Shown: one piece after another, positions 18,381 through 26,323 of the stretch
How the letters are laid out: every line of letters starts with the position of its first letter
Numbering within the stretch: the first letter of the stretch is position 1
Origin: Deltaproteobacteria bacterium UBA4427
GTDB lineage: Bacteria > Myxococcota_A > UBA9160 > UBA4427
Assembly: GCA_002390675.1 (NCBI GenBank)
Contig: DGPZ01000102.1
Location: 53,356-117,355, forward strand
DNA: 64,000 nucleotides
Reading direction: 5' to 3'
Made by a program: the position numbers and the translations under genes
The notes under the pieces: generated by a model
Told to the model about the DNA's origin: nothing
What the model saw: only the letters and a program-made list of their open reading frames with translations
Databases searched by the model: none

Positions 18381-20654
18381 CTAGAAAGTAAAAGTGACGT
18401 TTACGAGGGCCGAATACGGCGGCTCATCAGAGCGTTCATCAAAGAGTTCCTCGTAACCGCTGCCCGGGATCAACACCGAGCCGGAGGCGCGCAGCACGAC
18501 GTTATTCGTGAAGAACGGTCGATAGATCACGCCGGCGCTGATGTCCCAGCCGATTTCGCGACTGAGGCGATCCTGCTGACGTAGTGTCTCAAGCACCTGC
18601 ACTGAATCCCACTGCAACCAAGAAATATTGGTCAGGATACGGAGTTCAGGCAGCACATCGAAGTCCGCGCCCACGCCCGCCTGCCAAAGGCCGGGGTTCA
18701 CGAAGTTGCTCTGGCCTTCGCCCTTCGAACTGCGGAGTGAGGGCACGATGCTGTTCTTACCCGAGAGCGCGACGCTGCCACCGAACACAAAAGGAATCTG
18801 CTGACGCATCCAAAAGGAGGTCGTGCCGCCCGCGAAGTTCGGGTTGTCGAGGATTGTGTCGAAGCCCTGTGCCTTGTCGTCATAGGGGTCGTCATCGCCC
18901 ATCGAATACAAGAAGAAGGCCTTGTATCGCATCCAGTCGAGATCGTAAGACGCTTCGAATGCGGCGAAGAACGACTCTATATCCTGGCTGCGCTGGGCGA
19001 TTGGGTTGTAGTCGTCGTGACCGAATGCCCCGTAGAGCTGGAACGTTAGGTTCAAACGCTCGATATGACCGTCGCCACCCAAGCCTACGTAGTAGACCTC
19101 GTAATCGTGGCCACCAATCAGACCGACCGGGGACGGGATGACTAGGTTCTTGTTGTTGTCGAAGTCTTTTTCATCGCCTTCGCGGTTGATATTCGCCGCA
19201 AAGATCGCTTCCACGTTAAAGCCAAGGACCGGAAAATCCTGATAGTAGAAGTTGGCAATGATCGTGTGGTCATCGCGCCAGGACTCAAGATTATTGAGCC
19301 CGGAGTTCGTGTCTTTATTAAGGCGACCGAACCAGGCCAGGTTGTACTGCCCACGGTTATTGAAGAAGTTGCCGAAGAGGCGAACGCCCGGCTCGGAGCT
19401 CTCGAAGAGGAAGCCACGGAAGTCAGCGTTAAAGGGCTGAATGCCGACGCGCAGACTGTCGAAATCGAAGCGATCCGTGCGGTTCCAAAGATGCTTGTCG
19501 ATGAACGCTTCTTGAAGCGTGAAGTGATAGTCGAGACGATCATCGCCTTCGCGCGGGTCAAGCTTTACAGCGCCTAGCTGATTCACCCAAACCTTATTCA
19601 CGTTCAGCGCCGGCGTGATGCGAATCTCCCAGTCCGGCGGACGGAAGGTCGTGTCGCCCTGCACCAAAGAGATCGACGGCAACAGGGTCGTCTGGGTTTC
19701 CCAGGCGACGCCGTCACCAAAGAGATCTACTTCCGAGCCGCGGTCGCCCGCTGCGCCGGTCGGAATTGGAATCCGACGTGCTTCAAGGACATGATCGAAG
19801 ACGATATTGACGTTGATGAACCAGTCCTTCGTGCCGGGGATCGGACGGTCACCCTTCAAAGTGTTCTGGTTATAGGGGTCGTACCACTTTTCGTTGACAC
19901 CGAGATTCTCGATGATGCGCCAACGGTCAGGGACCGCGACAAACTCGTAATCTGGGAGATCGTTCTCGTAGGTCGGAACGTTTTGGCGCGTCGGTCGTTC
20001 ACCGGGCCGTCGCTGAGAGCGCGGCACTATCGGATTGGGCGCTGGCGCACCCGAAGACTCGCCATCACCTTCGTTGTCGCCCCCATCAGCCGGCCGAACT
20101 GGAGTCGGGATTCGCGGGGGCTGCGCGCGTCGCGGAGTCGGCGCCCAGGTGCCCTCGTCGATCGGCGGCGACGCCGTAGGTGACACGGGAACGGGAGCTG
20201 GCACGGGAACAATCACGCCGCCAGCAGAACCGTCAGATGCGTCATTGGTCGGCGCGGGCGTCGTAGGCACGGGCGGAGCAACCGGGACCGGGGCCTGTTC
20301 AGCGCCCGCATCGCCCTCACGACTTCCGCCGGGTCGCTGAAAGCTCGGTCGGCGGCGGCGACGTGCCCGTGCGCCGTCACTATCCGCTTGAGCGAGCAGT
20401 AATTCAGTGAAGCTCGGAACTCGAAGCTGATCTTCAATCTGCTCGAGAGTTTCCGACGTTTCGGCGGTCACTAAGAACGGAGAAGGTGCAACCGGAGCCG
20501 GCCGTGCGGCCCAGCTGGTATCGGCACCTAACAGAAGTAACCCCGACAGCAGAGCTACACTGTGTCTGCACGCTTGCGTCGCTAACCGCTTCCCTGCGAA
20601 ATCAGTTGCAGCCTCAGGGCCATTCGTGAGCGCGCGTTCAATAATCATGCTCAT
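18381..20654 (-). CDS. putative outer-membrane beta-barrel protein with a Pro-rich N-terminal extension
   Basis: Signal-like segment VALLSGLLLLGADTSWA. About 130 aa of Pro/Ala/Arg low complexity follow. The remainder is a ~520-aa region of alternating hydrophobic/aromatic strands ending ...SALVNVTFTF, a C-terminal Phe typical of BAM substrates. Its ATG overlaps the upstream stop codon (ATGA). Confidence 0.55.
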   Translation of the reverse strand: MSMIIERALTNGPEAATDFAGKRLATQACRHSVALLSGLLLLGADTSWAARPAPVAPSPFLVTAETSETLEQIEDQLRVPSFTELLLAQADSDGARARRRRRPSFQRPGGSREGDAGAEQAPVPVAPPVPTTPAPTNDASDGSAGGVIVPVPAPVPVSPTASPPIDEGTWAPTPRRAQPPRIPTPVRPADGGDNEGDGESSGAPAPNPIVPRSQRRPGERPTRQNVPTYENDLPDYEFVAVPDRWRIIENLGVNEKWYDPYNQNTLKGDRPIPGTKDWFINVNIVFDHVLEARRIPIPTGAAGDRGSEVDLFGDGVAWETQTTLLPSISLVQGDTTFRPPDWEIRITPALNVNKVWVNQLGAVKLDPREGDDRLDYHFTLQEAFIDKHLWNRTDRFDFDSLRVGIQPFNADFRGFLFESSEPGVRLFGNFFNNRGQYNLAWFGRLNKDTNSGLNNLESWRDDHTIIANFYYQDFPVLGFNVEAIFAANINREGDEKDFDNNKNLVIPSPVGLIGGHDYEVYYVGLGGDGHIERLNLTFQLYGAFGHDDYNPIAQRSQDIESFFAAFEASYDLDWMRYKAFFLYSMGDDDPYDDKAQGFDTILDNPNFAGGTTSFWMRQQIPFVFGGSVALSGKNSIVPSLRSSKGEGQSNFVNPGLWQAGVGADFDVLPELRILTNISWLQWDSVQVLETLRQQDRLSREIGWDISAGVIYRPFFTNNVVLRASGSVLIPGSGYEELFDERSDEPPYSALVNVTFTF

Positions 20655-23212
20655 CGTCCCCCACAGCCATTCTGTTCATTGCTGTTCAAGAAGGGGGCGG
20701 GCGGGCAAACGACGTACCGGAGGTTCACGTTCTCGACCGAAATGTTGTCTGCGCGAAGTCCAAAGGGCGCATTGCCAATCGGGTTCGCGATGCCACGAGC
20801 GGCTTGCGCTTTCCCGATTTCGTCCAGGGCAACAAAGGGGACGAAGTCATCCTGCTCCGCGCCATCACCCGAGACACCGTAGCCGCCAACTAAAGTGCTG
20901 TTGCCGGCGCTATCGCTTCGATAGATCGGAACCGCACCTTGGAAGATGTGGAAGCCGTTCTGGAGGCCGGTGATCAGGCCGGCATTGCCGTCCTGAATGC
21001 CCTGCATGCAGTCAAGTTGGGCACCCGCGTCGGGCGAGAGGATCAATGCGGTTCGTGCAGCATCGCAATACAGGTTTCGCTGAACCGCATTCGTAAAGAG
21101 CTCCGGTCGCGTCACCGCCGCAAGCGAACCCGTCGTATCGAAGAGCGCAGCAGCCAAGTCCGGCACCTCTTCGCAGAGCGCAACGGCAATCGCTGGAAGA
21201 ACAATCTCAGTCTGAATCCCGGTACTGAAGATGCTCCACTCTCCGTTATTAGTCGGCGCCGGCGGAACACTCGCGGTCGTCGCGTCGGGATTTCGGGAAA
21301 GCGGACCGTTGTTACCCGAAGCGACACCCGGCGGGAAATCGGGGTTTGCGATTCCGCCGAGTGAAATCGAAGACCAAGCAAATTCGCCGTCAAATATGGG
21401 ATCCGCTCCACTGAGCCCCAAGAACACCCGAGAGTCGGTGACGTACTGAGAAAAGGGCTTCGTATTTAGAACGCCGGCATTTCCGAGCGGGTCACGCGCA
21501 GCTTCCAACTGAGCCCGCGCATTCGCCTTCGACCAGAACGCCGCTTGCCGCGTCTTCGAGATCGTCACGTCGACACCGTCGAGCAACGCGTCCTGCGACC
21601 GCGCAAAGCCGAGTACGTTTCCGTCGAGGTCCACAACCGCGACATCAATTCGCGCCTGACCGCCTATGGGTCGGCGGGTCTGCGCGCGGGTGTTTTCGGC
21701 GAGCTTAAGGGCTTGGATCAGCAGTTCCTGAACGTCCGCAGCCGAGAGACCATCGGCCAATGCCGGTGCGGCGACAGCTACTGCGTTCGCCGGTGGGGCG
21801 GGATTCACACTCGGGCTGGCGGGGTAGCGCCGAGCTGTCGCTTGGTCGACGAGTTCTTCACCGTTCGCGGTCCCCGCAAAGCCATTCGTCGACTGAGGGA
21901 ACAAGCCAGTCAGTCCATTGAAGGTCGTCTCAATCACCCCTGATGTCGGGTCGAGAAAGAATACGCCGCCGCGGGGCGCGGTAAACGGGAAGAAGAACTG
22001 ATCGAAGACAAAGGTGCCAGTACCGCTGCCGAGCGTGATGAGTCCGTTCAGCCGGGCCGTGATCGCTCCGATATTGTCAGCGTCGTCCGTCGAAATTACA
22101 GGCGCACTCGCTCGCGAGCCTCGCAGCCCTGTGTCGTCGACCCAGCGAAGCGCTCGTCCAGCGACCGTTATGCGGTCCGCCCGTCGCTCAACATCTGCGT
22201 CGTAGCTCGTCGCTGCGTTTCGTCCCTTCGTGGCACCAAAAGCAATCCGCTCTTCGATATTCCGGTCGCTGTTTGTTGCGTCCTTGTCGAGACTGTAGAC
22301 GCCGTTGTATTCGATGCCGACGGCGCCGACGACGACCTTGCCTGTCAGGCCGGTCGGAGCTCCGCCCAGGTTCCGTGGCGCACTAAGCTCCGCGATATTG
22401 TCCTTATAGAGGGAGATGCCGCCGGGGTCGGCCGCGAAGCCAACCGGCAAGCGGCGTGGGCCGATCAAATCCGTCGCTAACGGCGCGACGTCCGTCGTGT
22501 CCGTGATCTGGTCGACGCCTTGGCGCGTATTGATGTCGCTGCACGCAAGCTGTGCGATCTGAACCGCGAAGAGAGGGCCGCCCGGGCGATCGGTTTCGCC
22601 AGGAAAGAAGTTCTGCTGGATCAGCGTGCTCGCAGTTCGCGAAGTGAAGGCGTTGCCCTGGGTCGAGAAGTAGTTGGACGTACCTGCCTTGCTGATCGCG
22701 GCGTAGCCGGCCGGAATAAAGACTCCGTCGAGAGCGGTCTGCAGAGAGGTCAGGCCTGCATTCGTCGCGATGGCTGTGAAGTTTGCGGAGCCGCCGTTGT
22801 TCTCCACAATAAAGGGCGTGTTTGCCGTTCGGTTAGGGCTCTCCACGGAGGTAATGAGCGAGTAGTTTGTCGTTGCCGCATCCGTGTCATAGACCGCGAG
22901 CACGTTGCTCAAGTGGTCCAGCACCACGATTGTGATATCCGGAATGCCGTTCGCTTCGGCTTCGAAAATCGCGTTCGCGATCACCTGCACGACGTCCTGA
23001 ACCGTTAAACGCGCTTCGACGCCTACAGTAGCCGCCGGATAGCCGGGCTCAGTACCACGCTGCTGGTAGTCACATTGGAATTGGCAGACTTGGGTCCGCG
23101 AAACTTCGCCGTCTTGGCAGGCGGGAAGCGAGAACGACACGACCACCGATGCCGCTAGTGCAATCACGGTTCGTAGCTGCCGTCGACCGACACTCATAAA
23201 ACGGGCGATCAT
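20651..23212 (-). CDS. lipoprotein with two GlcG/HbpS-like (DUF336, haem-binding-like) domains
   Basis: The signal has an RRQLR n-region and lipobox SFSLPAC. Domain 1 is LTVQDVVQVIANAIFEAEANGIPDITIVVLDHLSNVLAVYD. Domain 2 is LSAADVQELLIQALKLAENTRA...ARIDVAVVDLDGNVLGFARSQDALLDGVDVTISKTRQAAFW. ATG at 23212 has GGAGG 6 nt upstream; the TTG at 23215 is the alternative start. Confidence 0.65.
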   Translation of the reverse strand: MIARFMSVGRRQLRTVIALAASVVVSFSLPACQDGEVSRTQVCQFQCDYQQRGTEPGYPAATVGVEARLTVQDVVQVIANAIFEAEANGIPDITIVVLDHLSNVLAVYDTDAATTNYSLITSVESPNRTANTPFIVENNGGSANFTAIATNAGLTSLQTALDGVFIPAGYAAISKAGTSNYFSTQGNAFTSRTASTLIQQNFFPGETDRPGGPLFAVQIAQLACSDINTRQGVDQITDTTDVAPLATDLIGPRRLPVGFAADPGGISLYKDNIAELSAPRNLGGAPTGLTGKVVVGAVGIEYNGVYSLDKDATNSDRNIEERIAFGATKGRNAATSYDADVERRADRITVAGRALRWVDDTGLRGSRASAPVISTDDADNIGAITARLNGLITLGSGTGTFVFDQFFFPFTAPRGGVFFLDPTSGVIETTFNGLTGLFPQSTNGFAGTANGEELVDQATARRYPASPSVNPAPPANAVAVAAPALADGLSAADVQELLIQALKLAENTRAQTRRPIGGQARIDVAVVDLDGNVLGFARSQDALLDGVDVTISKTRQAAFWSKANARAQLEAARDPLGNAGVLNTKPFSQYVTDSRVFLGLSGADPIFDGEFAWSSISLGGIANPDFPPGVASGNNGPLSRNPDATTASVPPAPTNNGEWSIFSTGIQTEIVLPAIAVALCEEVPDLAAALFDTTGSLAAVTRPELFTNAVQRNLYCDAARTALILSPDAGAQLDCMQGIQDGNAGLITGLQNGFHIFQGAVPIYRSDSAGNSTLVGGYGVSGDGAEQDDFVPFVALDEIGKAQAARGIANPIGNAPFGLRADNISVENVNLRYVVCPPAPFLNSNEQNGCGGR

Positions 23213-23253
23213 CAAAAGCCTCCGGCTTCGACACGATCCTTCGCGATTTAGAT

Positions 23254-23273
23254 GGAACTCTTACCCGAGTTCC
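23254..23273. promoter_or_regulatory. inverted repeat GGAACTC-N6-GAGTTCC in the leader of the lipoprotein/barrel/cytochrome operon
   Basis: Perfect 7-bp arms, 42-61 nt upstream of the 23212 start codon, in the 307-bp gap between the two cytochrome operons. Function is unknown; it could be an operator or an RNA hairpin. Confidence 0.25.
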
Positions 23274-23519
23274 TACATCTATCTCGCGATCGACCGCGTG
23301 CGCCGTTTTAATCTCAGCAACAACACGCCGGCTCTTCCTTCACCTAGTTCAGCTAAAAGCTGGAAGAACGAACGCAACGAGCGTGGGCGAGTCGATTCGG
23401 CGACGACTTCAAAGTTCCGAAAACGACACCTAAGCCGTTGCCGAAATACGAAATCAAACCGGTCAGCGCGCCCCCACGCGTCCGCTCGATTCTACATCCC
23501 TGGAACGGAATTGCCGTGC

Positions 23520-25481
23520 CTAATTTAGGCGAACGAAGAGGTCCGTATGGGGGTTCCGCGGCAAGTCGGCATCAGCGCGACCGATCCCCACATAACCATC
23601 GCGCGAGACGCCGAGATGATTCGCCGGCATCGCCGCGTGATCCGAATGCGCCTCATGAATCGACGGGGCGTCGCCCTCGGCCGTGGGCTCAGCATCAGCC
23701 GCAGGCTCGCCCGACCTTTCGGGCGGTGATGTCGCCGCGGCCGACCCAGACGTCACGCTCGGCCCCATCGGGCCGTTCCCGCGCACATGAAATGGATGAC
23801 ACATAGAGCAAGGCGATGGCACCGTTTCGCCGCCCCAAGCATCCGCGCCCGCGTGACACTCGCGACAAACCGTAATGTCCGGGATCAAGATATCCCCGGC
23901 CTCATTGCTGACCCGAGTTGTCGGCTCCCTTAGAATCAACTCATAAGGAATCGAGTCCTTCATGGACCATTCGGGTCGCGGAAGCGCGCTGTCCGGCTCG
24001 GGATCGAAGACCGCTGCACCCGGGTGGCATTTTACACAGGCGAAGGGGGCGTGGGATCCGTGACTGAACACCGAGCCCGGCACCCAGATATCTTGGACTT
24101 GGACCGGAGCCACGCCCATCCCTCCGTCACTCGCTCCTCCCGGATCGAGTTCGTGACAGAGGTCGCAGGTTCCAGGACGTTCGTAGAAGCGCCGTTCCGC
24201 ACGCTCGACTTTGCTCTCGACCCATCGCCGAGAGAGTTCAGCCTCTTCCGAACTGAGTCGCGCACCTGGGCGCCGCATCCGGAGCCTACGCGGGGCCTCG
24301 GCATCCTTCACTTCGCCACTCAGCACGCGTGTAGCGTAAAACCCTCGAATCTTCGCCCTGATGTCGGCCGGATCCCCGTGCGGGGTGAAGCCCGGAGGAG
24401 CCGTGGCGTCGAAGTCGAGCCGATGGCAGTCCTGACAATGCTCCTCGAACACGACGGGCTTCATGTAGAGGCCACCCGCATCCGGCTCATGGCACGCGCC
24501 GCACTGGAGATATTGCTTCGAATCGCCGCGGCCGGTGACTGCCTTTCCGACATGACGAAGGTGACTAAATTCGAGGCCGGAGATCTCGACGAGATCGTCT
24601 GTGACATCGACTGAGACCGCCTCGAGAAGAGGGTTTGTCACGAGTGCGAGCTGGAAGGGCGGGTGGTCTTCACCGAAATCGCTCGCGTCCCGGAGCGAAG
24701 TCTCGGCGAGCTTGCCGCCGAGATCAGAATGGCAGTCCGAGCAAAAGCCAGAGCCGAGATCCGCTAGGTCGACCTGCCGGCCGCGATGTTCTAGATGGCA
24801 GGTCCCACAGTCGGCATTATCGAGCTCAGCCATCCTCATTTCCAGCGGCGAGTGCCGGCCAATATCGTGATGGCAGGTCATACAGTCATCATTCTGCACG
24901 GCCTGGAAGAACCCCGAATGACATTTCTGACAATCGCTCTCGACGTAGGCATGACCGCGGCTCACATCGCCCGTATTCCAAGGCGACTGAGCTGGCGACC
25001 AAAAGAGCGGAACTAACAGGAATCCGATCAAGATCGTGCCGATCGCGATCCAAGCCAGAGGGCGACGTGCAAAAATGCCGGATTCAAGGCCTAGCGTCGT
25101 TCGCTCTTCCAGTGAAGCACGTTCACTTTGACCTCGATCCGTCTCCTCGTATTCGAGCGCAACATCAACCTCAGCACCCTCTTCGGGTTGCAGTACCCGA
25201 AGTTCCCAAGATCCGAGCTTCAAGACATCGCCCGGGCCGATCCGCTCACCACCCGTCACCAGGCCATTGACGTTGACCTCTTGCCCAGCAGCGGCCTCAA
25301 CGTACAAGCGACCATCCGCCATGCGGAATGTCGCCTGATGCAGCGAGATCGTCAGCCCCTTGAGCGAGAGGTCGTTATCCGGCCCCCGTCCAACAAAGAG
25401 GGACTCGACTTCGATGTCGCGGTCAAGGCGGACTTTCTTGCCCGTTGGCCGCAACCGAACTTCTGTTAGGCGAACTTTCAT
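23520..25481 (-). CDS. FHA domain - single TM - periplasmic decahaem cytochrome c fusion
   Basis: The N-terminus has FHA signatures: FVGRGPDNDLSL, TISLHQA, VNVNG. TM segment LAWIAIGTILIGFLLVPLFW. Ten CxxCH motifs: CQKCH, CMTCH, CGTCH, CSDCH, CGACH, CQDCH, CDLCH, CVKCH, CRECH, CSMCH. The ATG lies 1 nt after the upstream TAA. Confidence 0.85.
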   Translation of the reverse strand: MKVRLTEVRLRPTGKKVRLDRDIEVESLFVGRGPDNDLSLKGLTISLHQATFRMADGRLYVEAAAGQEVNVNGLVTGGERIGPGDVLKLGSWELRVLQPEEGAEVDVALEYEETDRGQSERASLEERTTLGLESGIFARRPLAWIAIGTILIGFLLVPLFWSPAQSPWNTGDVSRGHAYVESDCQKCHSGFFQAVQNDDCMTCHHDIGRHSPLEMRMAELDNADCGTCHLEHRGRQVDLADLGSGFCSDCHSDLGGKLAETSLRDASDFGEDHPPFQLALVTNPLLEAVSVDVTDDLVEISGLEFSHLRHVGKAVTGRGDSKQYLQCGACHEPDAGGLYMKPVVFEEHCQDCHRLDFDATAPPGFTPHGDPADIRAKIRGFYATRVLSGEVKDAEAPRRLRMRRPGARLSSEEAELSRRWVESKVERAERRFYERPGTCDLCHELDPGGASDGGMGVAPVQVQDIWVPGSVFSHGSHAPFACVKCHPGAAVFDPEPDSALPRPEWSMKDSIPYELILREPTTRVSNEAGDILIPDITVCRECHAGADAWGGETVPSPCSMCHPFHVRGNGPMGPSVTSGSAAATSPPERSGEPAADAEPTAEGDAPSIHEAHSDHAAMPANHLGVSRDGYVGIGRADADLPRNPHTDLFVRLN

Positions 25482-25482
25482 T

Positions 25483-26319
25483 TTAGTGATACCAAAAAAC
25501 GACGAAAATGTGAACGATCAGCGCCGCGCAGGTCGCGAACGCAAAAGGAACATGAACGATCAGCCAGAGGTCAAGAAGCCCCTTAAATCGAACGTCGCGC
25601 CGAATCTGCTTCAGAAGTAGTTCCTTGCGCGCAATCAACTCAATCAGCTTCCGCTCTTGCTCTTTGGCCTCGTCGTCCAGATCAACCTCCGACGTTCGCA
25701 AGCTGCGAAGCGCGCGCGACGTCCCGCAATCAGCATCTTTCCCGGAGAGCTGGGACCGAAACGTGCCACCGATTCGCGTGTCATCTATAGAGGTCACGAC
25801 GGCATGCGCGTAGTAGTCGGGCAAGCCATCTGCGGCCATCCGACACTCAGAATCGATCTCGGCGATTCTCTCAAGCATGGCATCGAGTGTGATGTTATTC
25901 CGGTTCCGCGTCATGGAGGTCGGAACGAGTGCGTAGAACGCCACGCCAAGAATCCCGCTGATGCAAACAACGCACATCAGGGCATAAGCGAGCGTGTGAA
26001 CATTCCAGCCAAATTCGAAGGCCGAATGCAAAGGCACGAGGAAGAGCAGCCCCGTCCCTAAATAGACATGCGCCGAGACCCAGCCCTTAAGCGACGCGCC
26101 CGTCGCGGAGTAGCTCCGCTTGCGAATTCCTAGCCACATCAGCCAGAAGATCGTCGCCGCCGCGATCGTCCCAAGGCCGTAGCCAGTCCAAGAACTACCA
26201 CTCCGGCCACCCGGCGGATCGTCCACGACATAAACCACGATCGACAGAAATAGCGTACTAAGCGCCACCTTGAGATAGCGATAGTTCTGGTATTCAAGGA
26301 ATGTACGCGGCCCGATCAC
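25483..26319 (-). CDS. integral membrane protein, putative di-haem b-type cytochrome
   Basis: Five predicted TM helices. Two helices each carry His-x13-His: SAHVYLGTGLLFLVPLHS and IVHVPFAFATCAALIVHI. A ~110-aa charged loop lies between TM4 and TM5. The longest ORF starts at 26406 but would overlap the upstream gene by 83 nt. The GTG at 26319 lies 4 nt after that gene's stop codon. Confidence 0.6.
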   Translation of the reverse strand: MIGPRTFLEYQNYRYLKVALSTLFLSIVVYVVDDPPGGRSGSSWTGYGLGTIAAATIFWLMWLGIRKRSYSATGASLKGWVSAHVYLGTGLLFLVPLHSAFEFGWNVHTLAYALMCVVCISGILGVAFYALVPTSMTRNRNNITLDAMLERIAEIDSECRMAADGLPDYYAHAVVTSIDDTRIGGTFRSQLSGKDADCGTSRALRSLRTSEVDLDDEAKEQERKLIELIARKELLLKQIRRDVRFKGLLDLWLIVHVPFAFATCAALIVHIFVVFWYH

Positions 26320-26323
26320 GCGA

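Noticed and set aside
23501-23514. sigma-54-like element TGGAAC-ggaa-TTGC
   Set aside because: The GG-to-GC spacing is one nucleotide shorter than the TGGCAC-N5-TTGC consensus. On the plus strand it points into the 3' end of a minus-strand gene and has no downstream target.
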